Source of the DNA: Thermoproteota archaeon | GTDB taxonomy: Archaea > Korarchaeota > Korarchaeia > B14-G2 | Length of the DNA stretch: 37,289 nucleotides | Direction of reading: 5' to 3' | Assembly (NCBI GenBank): GCA_037917675.1 | Contig: JAVCBW010000046.1 | Span: 1 to 37,289 of the forward strand | Shown: positions 26,893-35,400 of the stretch, in pieces | How positions within the stretch are numbered: the first letter of the stretch is position 1 | Layout: each line of letters starts with the position of its first letter | Made by a program: the position numbers and the translations under genes | Notes under the pieces: model-generated | Databases searched by the model: none | What the model saw: the letters and a program-made list of their open reading frames with translations, nothing else | What the model was told of the DNA's origin: nothing

Positions 26893-28353
26893 TTATTCCA
26901 TCATCTTCTTGACGTCCTCTATGAGAGGCCTAGCATCAAGCCTGCTATAGCCTGCCTCAGATAGGAGATCTCTTACACTAGGCTTCCCTCCCTGAGACCA
27001 GAGGCCTCTGAGGAGCCTGCCTGCCTCCTCTCTCATATACCATCTCTCCCCCAGCTCGCTTTCCAGGTGGCTTCTGAGCTGAGCCTCAAGCAGCCAAGCT
27101 GTAAGGTAGTCTGCAGAGTACATCATGTCATCGACATCATAGAGGTAGTACTGGTGTGGCTGCTTGAAGACAAGCTTGCTCTGAAGCTCCTGCACATACG
27201 TGTCTCTGGCGTCAGCTAGCCCATCAGAGTGGAGCTTAAGCTCATACTCAACCTTCCCAGCATACCTCCTGAGGTAGTAGAGCTTGTAGAGGCCCTGGAG
27301 CCTGAGGAACATCCTGAGCTCACCTCCTCTAAGCTCAGTGTGCTCACTGAGCCAGCTCTCAGATGTGAGCAGGTACTCCATAAGGAAAGCGTAGGTCTCA
27401 GCTATAGCACCCTCCCAAAGCCTCCTAAGCTCAGCTGGAAGCTCAGGGCTTGTGTAGGCAGCGTGCAGAGCATGCCCAGCTTCATGGAACAAGGCCATGT
27501 AGTCATCGAACCCGCCCTTAGGCATCACGACAAGCCTGACATCCCATGGGACCCTGACTGGAGCACAGAATGCCCTAGGAGACTTCCTAGGCCTAGCCTC
27601 AACGTCGAGCTTGACATCTCTGAGGTCAAGCCCCATGTATCTTATGGTCTTCAAGAGCTTGCCTACCATCTCCTCAGCTGGAAAATACCTGTCGAACTCA
27701 GTAGCTCTGAAGAGGTATGCTATGTCATGCCTCTCAGCTTCCCTCAAGCCTACTCCAGCCTTCTCCTCAAGCCTCTTCTCCATCTCACTAGAGTAGAGGG
27801 CTTCTGTCTCACTACAGAGCAAGCTTGCAGCCTCTCTGAGCTCCTCTATCCTGAAGCTCTTGAAGCTCAAGCTTAGCTCAGCATAGCTCCTAAACCCTAG
27901 CTCCCTAGCCTTCCTGTGGAGTATGAGTGTCCTCTCTTCTAGAATCGGGTTCACCTCCTCTATGGCATCTAGGATGCTCCTATAGAGCTCAGCTCTCATG
28001 TCCCTCCTAGGCTCGTTGCTGACCTTCACCTGAGCTAGCCTGAATGGAAGCTGCTCTCCAGCTACATAGACAGTCTTCGCTGTAAGCCTGGTCTCAAAGC
28101 TGTCAGTGAGCTCTTTCACAGCCTCATCGAGCATCCCTGAGACAGCAAACCTCTCTAGTAGCTTCCCTCTCCTCCCACCAAGCCTCCTAGCAGCTTCAGC
28201 TACCCTACTTGTAAGCAGCCACCTGTACTTGCTGACTATAGGCGTGGTAGCTAGATCCTCCTTCAATCCAGCCCAGTTAAGGTAGTACTCCTCCTCAAGC
28301 TCAGCTAGGTAGCTGTCAAGCCCCCTCCTGACCTCATCTAGCGTAGGCAGCAT
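26893..28353 (-). CDS. M3-family-like (gluzincin) metallopeptidase/oligoendopeptidase
   Basis: RPRKSPRAFC, LFHEAGHALH (HExxH), third ligand in AIAETYAFLME. Confidence 0.8.
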   Translation of the reverse strand: MLPTLDEVRRGLDSYLAELEEEYYLNWAGLKEDLATTPIVSKYRWLLTSRVAEAARRLGGRRGKLLERFAVSGMLDEAVKELTDSFETRLTAKTVYVAGEQLPFRLAQVKVSNEPRRDMRAELYRSILDAIEEVNPILEERTLILHRKARELGFRSYAELSLSFKSFRIEELREAASLLCSETEALYSSEMEKRLEEKAGVGLREAERHDIAYLFRATEFDRYFPAEEMVGKLLKTIRYMGLDLRDVKLDVEARPRKSPRAFCAPVRVPWDVRLVVMPKGGFDDYMALFHEAGHALHAAYTSPELPAELRRLWEGAIAETYAFLMEYLLTSESWLSEHTELRGGELRMFLRLQGLYKLYYLRRYAGKVEYELKLHSDGLADARDTYVQELQSKLVFKQPHQYYLYDVDDMMYSADYLTAWLLEAQLRSHLESELGERWYMREEAGRLLRGLWSQGGKPSVRDLLSEAGYSRLDARPLIEDVKKMME

Positions 28354-28419
28354 ACCACCTGCCCTAGTGTCCTAGCAAAGCAATTTAAGCATGCCTCCTA
28401 GGTGGAGGCAGGTGCCTGA

Positions 28420-28617
28420 TTGAGGGTTGATGCGAAGCTTATTGGAGGAGTCCTCATCATAGGGCTCCAGGATAGACCTGATGTAAAGTACCTCCTTACA
28501 GTGAAGATGAGGGATGGCAGGCCTCATAGGGTTATTGTAGAGAGGTCTAGAGAAGACCCTACTACAGGAGAGTGGAGCAGCTACACTGTGGTAGCTGAGG
28601 CTCCTGTGAGGGGCTAG
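28420..28617 (+). CDS. Small beta-rich hypothetical protein (65 aa)
   Basis: TATA TTTAAG at 28384, SD AGGTG, TTG start. Its stop is 1 nt before the next gene. Confidence 0.6.
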   Translation: MRVDAKLIGGVLIIGLQDRPDVKYLLTVKMRDGRPHRVIVERSREDPTTGEWSSYTVVAEAPVRG

Positions 28618-28618
28618 G

Positions 28619-29404
28619 TTGCTTCCACGCAGAGTAGCTGAGGTAATAGAGGACAGGGAGTCTGGTGCGTCTCAGCTAGCCTATAGGCTAGCTGAGGCTC
28701 TAGCTGAAAGCGAGCCCTTAGGTAGAGAGAGGCTCATCCAGCTAGCTGAGCTAGCAGCTAGAGCACACCCCGACATGGCTCCACTGAGGAACCTGCTAGC
28801 TAAACTTAGGGAGATGGCTCCTCCTCTCAAGCCTAAGCTCATCGAGTACGCTAGGAGGCTCAGGGAGGCTAGGGAAAAGAGCGTAGCTGTGATGCTCAAG
28901 CACTTCAAGAGAGGCCCCATAGCCACCTTAAGCTGCTCCTCTACTATCCTCGAGTTTATAGCTGAAGCATGGAGGAGAGGCCAGTGTAGCCTAGTGCTAA
29001 TAGGTGAGTCTCAGCCAGGTGGAGAAGGTGCTGAAGTATATAGGAGAGTCAGAAGCTTAGGTGCTGAAGCCAAGCTTGTACCTGACTCAAAGCTGCCTTG
29101 GCTTGCAGCAGAGCTGAAGTGCACAGGGATTGTAGGCGCTGATGCAGTCTACACCAGCGGCCAAGTAGTCAACAAGGCTGGCACTTATGCTCTTGCAGCT
29201 GGCCTGAGGGCAGCTGGCCTCAATCTCTATGTCATAGCAGATACATCAAAGCTGCTTAGAGGCTCTCCTAGAGAGGTCGGATGGGAGCTCGACGTGACTC
29301 CAGTGGAGCTGACAGCAGGCATCGCTACGGAGCTAGGCTTAGCTAAGAGTGGAGCTGAGCTAGAGCACATAGCCTCAAATCCAGAAAGCCTAGGAGGCAG
29401 CTAG
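28619..29404 (+). CDS. eIF-2B alpha/beta/delta-like protein (sugar-phosphate isomerase fold)
   Basis: DRESGAS, HPDMAPL.N, TLSCSST, ESQPGGEG, VPDS, VGADAV, VVNKAGTY, DTSK, TP. Confidence 0.85.
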   Translation: MLPRRVAEVIEDRESGASQLAYRLAEALAESEPLGRERLIQLAELAARAHPDMAPLRNLLAKLREMAPPLKPKLIEYARRLREAREKSVAVMLKHFKRGPIATLSCSSTILEFIAEAWRRGQCSLVLIGESQPGGEGAEVYRRVRSLGAEAKLVPDSKLPWLAAELKCTGIVGADAVYTSGQVVNKAGTYALAAGLRAAGLNLYVIADTSKLLRGSPREVGWELDVTPVELTAGIATELGLAKSGAELEHIASNPESLGGS

Positions 29405-29535
29405 GCACCAAGAGAGGCACCTGAAGACGAGCTGCCACATGTAGCAGGCGAAGCTGCTGGCGCATAGAAGCCTCTGAATGCCTTTCTCAACAGTCAGATG
29501 CTGCCGGAAAAAGCAGGCTCTAAACGCCTCAGCAC
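29401..29535 (-). pseudogene. Possible HEPN-domain remnant
   Basis: The minus strand reads AEAFRACFFRQHLTVEK and, after a 1-nt shift, AFRGFYA. This resembles the HEPN motif ACF.AQQAVEKALKA. Confidence 0.3.
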
Positions 29536-29643
29536 CTAGCACAGTACATCCTGTTAGGGCATGTGAGAGGCCTATAGCCTGCCCTAGCCTGAGGTCTAGG
29601 ATAAGAGTATAGCTAATAAGCCTAGGTGCATGAGCCTACTTAG

Positions 29644-29886
29644 GTGAGTGCTGTGAGCCTGCTTACTCTGCTCTTGATAGTAGGGGTTGTGCTCCTGCTT
29701 GTTGCTATGGTAAAGGCTGTCTTTAGAGCTCTGGTCGCTGCCATCTCAGCTGCTATAGTAGCAGGCATCCTATACCTCATTGTAGGCGAAAGGACGCTAG
29801 CTATAGGTAGGGCAGTCCTAGATGGCAGAGCTCTAGCTGGCATAGCTTTCCTGATAGTGGCTTTGATAGTGCTGTTAAAGGGCTAG
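29644..29886 (+). CDS. Small membrane protein (about 3 TM helices), coupled to lipB
   Basis: Strongly hydrophobic 80-aa ORF whose stop is 1 nt before the lipB ATG. Confidence 0.65.
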   Translation: MSAVSLLTLLLIVGVVLLLVAMVKAVFRALVAAISAAIVAGILYLIVGERTLAIGRAVLDGRALAGIAFLIVALIVLLKG

Positions 29887-29887
29887 C

Positions 29888-30562
29888 ATGATTGCTGCTC
29901 TAGTCAAGCTCGGTAGGATAGATTACAGGAGGGCATTAGAGATACAATCTAGGCTCAGAGAAGCTAGGATAGAGGATAGGATCCCTGACACCCTACTTCT
30001 CCTAGAGCATCCTCCAGTATACACTATAGGCAAGGCAGGAGGGCAAGGTGACTTTAAGATCCAGGTTGATATGCTTAAGGCTGAGACTGGAGCTGAAGTC
30101 TACACTGTAGATAGAGGTGGTAGAGTCACATTCCATGGGCCAGGGCAGCTCGTCGGCTACATGATCTTCAAGCTGAGGAAGCTTAATCTGAGCGTCAAGA
30201 GGCTTGTCCAGCTTACCCTAGAGGCTCTAGCTGACGCGTGTAGAGAGCTTGGTGTCGAAGCTGAGGTGTCGATGGAGAAGCCTGGAGTCTGGGCTAGAGG
30301 GAGGAAGCTAGCTGCAATAGGGCTTAGCATACATGGTGGAGTGACTATGCATGGCTTCGCTTTAAACGTCTCAGTAGACTTAGAGTACTTTAGGTACATA
30401 AACCCATGTGGGCTTAGCTCAAGCCAGGTTACATCACTTTCAGAGGAGCTAGGGTACAGGGTAGACCTGTGGAGCCTAGCTGACCTAGTAGCTAATAAAT
30501 TGGGTGGGAGGCTTGGTGTCTGCTTTGAGGAGGCCCCTCTCAGCCTGCTGTTAGGGTATTGA
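29888..30562 (+). CDS. lipB: Lipoyl(octanoyl) transferase
   Basis: LLEHPPVYTIG, DRGGRVTFHGPGQLVGY, KLAAIG, HGFALN, INPCG (catalytic Cys). Confidence 0.93.
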   Translation: MIAALVKLGRIDYRRALEIQSRLREARIEDRIPDTLLLLEHPPVYTIGKAGGQGDFKIQVDMLKAETGAEVYTVDRGGRVTFHGPGQLVGYMIFKLRKLNLSVKRLVQLTLEALADACRELGVEAEVSMEKPGVWARGRKLAAIGLSIHGGVTMHGFALNVSVDLEYFRYINPCGLSSSQVTSLSEELGYRVDLWSLADLVANKLGGRLGVCFEEAPLSLLLGY

Positions 30563-30964
30563 GGCTAGTGCCAGGAAGGTCTCCATGATCTTGCTGAGAA
30601 CATCCTTCTGCGTGAATATCCCTACTATCTCGCCATTCTCTGTCACTAGCAGCCTCCTTATGTTGTTTTCAACCATCTTCCTGGTTGCTACAAAGAGGCT
30701 CGCATTAGCATCAACTGTTATCAGAGGGCAGCTCATGACAGCTCCCACTTGAGTGGTATTTGGGTCCTTACCTTTAGCAATACACCTGCTTACCACATCT
30801 CTCTCAGTTATGATCCCAATAGGCTTACCCTCCCTAGTGACCACAATAGAGCCTATGTCATGCTCAGCCATGAGCTTAGCAGCTTCAATCACAGGCCTAT
30901 CTACCTCAATAGACACCATCTTCCTCTTAGCTATATCACCAACTTTTACTGCTATGGTTGACAT
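30551..30964 (-). CDS. CBS-domain pair protein
   Basis: AAKLM..HDIGSIVV...GIITERD and M.ENNIRRLLV...GIFTQKD. ATG 30964 preferred over the listed 31012. Confidence 0.9.
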   Translation of the reverse strand: MSTIAVKVGDIAKRKMVSIEVDRPVIEAAKLMAEHDIGSIVVTREGKPIGIITERDVVSRCIAKGKDPNTTQVGAVMSCPLITVDANASLFVATRKMVENNIRRLLVTENGEIVGIFTQKDVLSKIMETFLALASIP

Positions 30965-31106
30965 CCCAACCCCGAGGGGACCCTCTGCACAGCCTTTATT
31001 AACTTTCGACACTTGGCAGCTACTCAGTAGCTAACGCAGCACAGCTAGCTTGGAAGCTGCTATCTGTAAGGCATATGCTCATTTAAGCAGCTAGCTCTGT
31101 AGCCTC

Positions 31107-31574
31107 CTAAGCCTCTCTCGAGCCTACAGCTCTACCCTCAGCTAGAGCTCTATCAGCTAGCTCAGCTACCCTAGCTGGCGCTCTATCAAGCCTGACAGCA
31201 GAAGACCTGAGGAGCAAGGCAGCTCTATATGCTGGTATGGACAGTGGGCACACGCTCTCACATATACCACATGACGTGCATCTGTAAGCTACATCAGCTA
31301 GCTCACCTGCCTTAGATAGCTCTCTTGAAGCTGACAGGATGGCTTTAGGGCCAGCTGAGCTGCCAGCTCTCACAAGAGGGCATAGGAGGCTGCAGAGCCC
31401 ACATCCAATGCACCCGGATGCCTCCACACCCAAGCTGGCTAGCTCCTCTGCTACAGGAACATATCCTCTTCCACTATAGCTCTTGAGGAAGCTCCTCAGC
31501 CTCCTCCTATGAAGCCTGCATAGGATGAGGTTCACTAGGAGCTTAGCTGCTAAGCTAGCTCTCAACACTCCCAC
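31107..31574 (-). CDS. 2x[4Fe-4S] dicluster protein, similar to the N-terminal part of GlpC, with no CCG domains
   Basis: CIGCGLCSLLCP and CTSCGICESVCP. Overlaps the end of glpB. Confidence 0.8.
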   Translation of the reverse strand: MGVLRASLAAKLLVNLILCRLHRRRLRSFLKSYSGRGYVPVAEELASLGVEASGCIGCGLCSLLCPLVRAGSSAGPKAILSASRELSKAGELADVAYRCTSCGICESVCPLSIPAYRAALLLRSSAVRLDRAPARVAELADRALAEGRAVGSREA

Positions 31575-32766
31575 CTGAAGCCAGCTGCCCAGCAGCCCAC
31601 CCTGTGGAGAAGGCTACACCGAGCCCAGATAGCTCACTTGAGTAGCTGTAGCCTCCAATCATGCTCCCAGCTACATAAGCGTTTTCAACAGCAGCCCCCC
31701 TAACCTTAGGGTGGAGTCTCTCATCAACCTCAACACCATAGTAGAGTGCTATGTGGCCTAGTGAAGGGAACATGTCAGAGGCATACCTGAGCTCAGACAC
31801 CTTATCGAAATGCTCTAGCCATGCTCCACCTCCAATGAATCTCCCGCATGCTAGGACATAGCTCTCAGCCTCGACTTCAGTGAGCTCACCTCCCACCTTC
31901 ACTAGGCACCTCCTAACCTTGCTGTCAGCCTCTATTCTGGTGAGCTCACCTCTAGCCTGCTGGACACCGAGCTCACTAGCCCAGTTCAGGAGCTGTAGCT
32001 GAAGCCTGAGGCCAGGTGGAGAGGGTGGTGGTGAGGCTATCTCAAAGAACCTGACTCCCATCTCAGCTAGGGTGTCAGCTACATCTCTATGTCTTCTGAC
32101 ACCGAGTACAGGTGGGATCCCGATAGCCTCATATCCTAGCTCAGCTAGCTTTGAGGCTAGCTCAAGGGGGTCCTCTTCAGCCTGCCAAGCTAGCTCAGCT
32201 ACCCCTCCAGAACCGAAGTCTATGGTAGCCCAGCTCAAGCTGACTTCAGCTCCAAGCTTTGAGGCAGAGTATGACAGCAGCTTAGCTAGAGCCTCTGGGC
32301 TAAGCCAGCTTAGGCACCTGAAGCCGACGACTACAGCCTCGAGATCAGCAAGCTTGTCTAAGCTACCTAAGCTGAACGACCTAGGGTATAGAGCTGTCGG
32401 CTTAAAGGTCCCCACCATGTTTGGAAGCAGCGTGTTCTCCTCTAAGCTCCCCTCATAGCCTAGAGGGCTGAGGGCTTCAAGAGCTGTCTCAAGCCCTCTC
32501 CTGACAGCTACCTCACCAACTAGAGCATAGGGGTGTCTAGGGCTCCTCTCAGCTAGGTAAGCTACCTCCCTCATAGGCTCAGCTATAAACCCCCTCTCCC
32601 AAACACATCTTCCAAGCAAGTCTACCATGCCAGATGATAGTGCTGTTGCCCCAAATGACCTATAAACCTGCAGGATGCTTCTCCCTCTAGCTGCAGCTAC
32701 AGCTGCAGCAGCACATCCTGCTGCCCCACCACCAAAGACAGCTACATCAACCTCGATTCTCTTCAA
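31555..32766 (-). CDS. glpB: Anaerobic glycerol-3-phosphate dehydrogenase subunit B
   Basis: GGGAAG, GATALSSG.VDLLG, GTFKPT.L.P, PPVLG, E..SPPPS.PGLRL, LACGRFIGGG, GVEVD..L.P, SGLGVA..TG. TTG 32766 overlaps the glpA TGA. Confidence 0.88.
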   Translation of the reverse strand: MKRIEVDVAVFGGGAAGCAAAAVAAARGRSILQVYRSFGATALSSGMVDLLGRCVWERGFIAEPMREVAYLAERSPRHPYALVGEVAVRRGLETALEALSPLGYEGSLEENTLLPNMVGTFKPTALYPRSFSLGSLDKLADLEAVVVGFRCLSWLSPEALAKLLSYSASKLGAEVSLSWATIDFGSGGVAELAWQAEEDPLELASKLAELGYEAIGIPPVLGVRRHRDVADTLAEMGVRFFEIASPPPSPPGLRLQLQLLNWASELGVQQARGELTRIEADSKVRRCLVKVGGELTEVEAESYVLACGRFIGGGAWLEHFDKVSELRYASDMFPSLGHIALYYGVEVDERLHPKVRGAAVENAYVAGSMIGGYSYSSELSGLGVAFSTGWAAGQLASGGSVES

Positions 32767-34280
32767 GCATACACCTCTAAGGCAGCTAGACAAGAGTATA
32801 CGCCATGAGCTAGCTCAGTGAGCTCATGGCCTGAAAGCTCTGCTATAGGCTTCCTCCCACGCCACCTCTCCTCAAGGAGCTCCCTAAGCTGCCTGAGGGC
32901 CTCCTTGGGCCTCAGCTTGAGCTCACCTGCTAGTGCTAGAGCAGCTCTATAGCTGCATGATACACCTTGACACATCCCCATACCTATCCTAGTCCTCCTC
33001 CTGACGTCGACGAGCGTCCTAGCATGCTCTCTGGCTGCCTCCCTAACACCAGACGCCAAGATCCTCTCACACTCACAGCAGTAGCTCTCTGACCTAGGCT
33101 CTGGCTCAGCCTTCCATGACACACCTCTGTCAACTGGCTCAATGTGAGTCCTACACTTCTCTCTGACACCAAGCTTCCTACATATGAGGTCTGTAGCCTC
33201 CTCAGCCATGAGCCTATGTAAGACCATCTTCCCGCCTACCACTGAAATCAGGTTAGCTTCTCCAAGCTCCTCATGGTCTATGATCCTAAAGCTCCTAGTC
33301 ACATCCTCCTCCCTCCTACCCCACTCTGGTAGCAGAGGCCTGACTCCAGCCATAGCTCTGATAGGCTTAACCTCCCTTAGCGCTGGTATAGCTCTATAAG
33401 CTGCCTGAAGAAGATACATGACCTCGTCACTCGTCGGGTAGGCTTCATCTGGGCTAGCATAGTGGTCTTCATCTGTGGTGCCGAGGAGCATTGAGCTCTG
33501 ATGTGGGATCAGCATGACCTCACGCCCATCTATAGCTGACGTCGCGATAGCAGTTGTGAAGAGCTGCCTAGGATATATCAGGTGGGTTCCTCTTGTAAGC
33601 CTAAGCTCAACTCTAGCTCCAGCTAGCTCAGCTACCTGAGGAGCCCATGGGCCAGCTGCGTTCACAGCCAGCTCACACCTCACCTCAAAGATCTCCCTCC
33701 TAAGCTTGTCATAGAACTTGACTCTGCCATCTCCTATCTCTACTACCTCACAGTGTGTCATCAAGCTGGCGCCATGCTTCTCAGCTGATAGAGCAGTCAG
33801 CAGAGTGAGCCTAAAGACGTCTACACCAAACTCATCGAAGCCTATAGCCCCCTCTACCTCACGTGACACAAGAGGGTTAGCTTCCAGAACCTCACCTCTA
33901 CTCAAGACTGTGTGAGGCTCTCCTCCTCTAGCTCTACTATACCTGTCATACTCCCTGAAGTATGCGTCAAGCAAGTCTAGCCCATACCTATCTCCCTTGA
34001 AGACTAAGAGGAGGAATGGTACTCTAAAGACAATTGAGCTAGCTATCCTCTGGACTACCCCACTCTCCCTACAGCTTGCCTCAACTATCTCAGGCTCGCT
34101 CATAAGGTAGCGTGGGCCACCATGCAGAAGCCCACTACACCTCCCTGTCGTCCCATAGGCGAAGTCCTCTTTCTCTAGCAGGAGCGTCTTAAGCCCTCTC
34201 ATAGCACAGTCTCTTGCGACTGCTACGCCAGTAGCTCCCCCACCTATGACTACAACATCATACTCTTCCTCTATCCTCAC
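32763..34280 (-). CDS. glpA: FAD-dependent glycerol-3-phosphate dehydrogenase subunit A, with C-terminal BFD-like [2Fe-2S] motif
   Basis: IGGGATG, GTTGRCSGLLHGGPRY, NAAGPWA, GTTD, AGVRPL, GGK, CECE...RTRIGMGMCQG..C. Confidence 0.92.
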   Translation of the reverse strand: MRIEEEYDVVVIGGGATGVAVARDCAMRGLKTLLLEKEDFAYGTTGRCSGLLHGGPRYLMSEPEIVEASCRESGVVQRIASSIVFRVPFLLLVFKGDRYGLDLLDAYFREYDRYSRARGGEPHTVLSRGEVLEANPLVSREVEGAIGFDEFGVDVFRLTLLTALSAEKHGASLMTHCEVVEIGDGRVKFYDKLRREIFEVRCELAVNAAGPWAPQVAELAGARVELRLTRGTHLIYPRQLFTTAIATSAIDGREVMLIPHQSSMLLGTTDEDHYASPDEAYPTSDEVMYLLQAAYRAIPALREVKPIRAMAGVRPLLPEWGRREEDVTRSFRIIDHEELGEANLISVVGGKMVLHRLMAEEATDLICRKLGVREKCRTHIEPVDRGVSWKAEPEPRSESYCCECERILASGVREAAREHARTLVDVRRRTRIGMGMCQGVSCSYRAALALAGELKLRPKEALRQLRELLEERWRGRKPIAELSGHELTELAHGVYSCLAALEVYA

Positions 34281-35091
34281 TAGGCTTCACTCTCAAAACC
34301 CACTTTGCAAGAGCTCTAAAAGCCCTCTTAGCTGGAGTATTAAACTTGTAGTCGAAGAGAGTTCTCCCTCTCCTCCACATGTAGGTGAGGACTGGGTCCT
34401 CTGGCACCCTAGCCACACACTTCATGTCCAGCTTTTCAGCAGCTAGGTCAGCATAGAGCTTGCCAAGCGGGCTCTTAAGGCTCCTATACCTGTTATAGAT
34501 GAACCCAGGCACAGAGGGGGTTTCCCCACCCCTCCTTATTATGCTAGCATACTCAGCTATGTGGGCAGCTGCATCCATCGACTCCATAGGCCACTCCTCA
34601 CTGACAACAGGGAGTATAATGTGGGTCATAGCCATGAAAACCAAGTTCTCATGTAGAGAGTATGCTGGTGGGTCTATTATCAGGTAGCTCACCCTCTCCC
34701 AGAGCTCCTCAACAAGCTTCCTCCCGACATCAGCTAGGGTGCTCAGCTTCATCTTAGCTGCCATCTGCCTCTTGCTCAGTGTCCTCACTGGGTTCTGCAG
34801 TGGGACTATAGCTAGTCCAGGGAACCTCGTCTGGTAGACACACTGGCCGCATTCCTCAGCAGGTAAGTCTCCTGAGACCACATCTATCAGGGTTCTAGCT
34901 TCACCTCCCCTAAATAGCTCCATGTGCTCCTCTCTCATCAAGTATGTGGTAGAGCAGCCTGGCCCACCTGATGCATCAAGGATGTATACAAGCTCTCTGT
35001 CAAGCTGCTCTCTCAGAGCTAGAGCAGTATGTACAGCTAGCGTGGTCTTACCTACCCCACCCTTCAGAGAGCTGAAGCTTAAGATGAGCAT
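34258..35091 (-). CDS. ParA/MinD-family ATPase
   Basis: Deviant Walker A KGGVGKTT, ILD, IIDPP, YNR, VPEDP, C-terminal AKRAFRALA. The 3' end overlaps the glpA start by 23 nt. Confidence 0.88.
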   Translation of the reverse strand: MLILSFSSLKGGVGKTTLAVHTALALREQLDRELVYILDASGGPGCSTTYLMREEHMELFRGGEARTLIDVVSGDLPAEECGQCVYQTRFPGLAIVPLQNPVRTLSKRQMAAKMKLSTLADVGRKLVEELWERVSYLIIDPPAYSLHENLVFMAMTHIILPVVSEEWPMESMDAAAHIAEYASIIRRGGETPSVPGFIYNRYRSLKSPLGKLYADLAAEKLDMKCVARVPEDPVLTYMWRRGRTLFDYKFNTPAKRAFRALAKWVLRVKPSEDRGRV

Positions 35092-35137
35092 GCTATCAGC
35101 AGCAGAGGCTATCAGGCTAATGCCTCTACCAGGCGTC

Positions 35138-35174
35138 TTAAATAGCTTACCTAGATAGGAGGTGAGCTGACGTG
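35138..35174 (+). promoter_or_regulatory. TATA, strong SD and GTG start of a host gene interrupted by the IS
   Basis: TTAAATA at 35138-35144, AGGAGGTGAG at 35157-35166, GTG at 35172. The IS end follows about 12 nt later. Confidence 0.55.
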
Positions 35175-35183
35175 GCTGAGAGG

Positions 35184-35400
35184 GGTTCAGCGTACGTGAG
35201 CGTTTGTGAGCCCAGGTATGCCTTGGAGTCCATCAAGCTCAGCTCCCTCTGGGTTCATTGGGAGTATGTCATCGCCCTTACCCCCTTTCGCGGTAACCTC
35301 TCCTAGAGCCTCCATCAACGCACCTCTCCGCCTTTTCATCAACCTTATCAGAGCCTCGAAGCCAAGCGGAAGAAGGTGCTTGGACTCTGGGGAAACCCGC
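35184..35400 (-). ncRNA. Predicted omegaRNA (reRNA) scaffold at the IS right end
   Basis: Positional inference from IS605/IS607 biology: the GC-richer right end overlapping the tnpB 3' end. Structure and 5' end were not determined. Confidence 0.4.

Noticed and set aside
25171-28404. Identical 15-mer CATGCCTCCTAGGTG at 25171 and 28390, both near gene starts
   Set aside because: About one 15-bp match is expected by chance in 37 kb, more with this biased composition, and the positions relative to the TATA boxes differ.
29420-29476. Hammerhead-like CTGAAGA...CGAA core or C/D sRNA
   Set aside because: It has GAAG rather than GAAA and no stems I/III. The region is better explained as a decayed minus-strand coding remnant.
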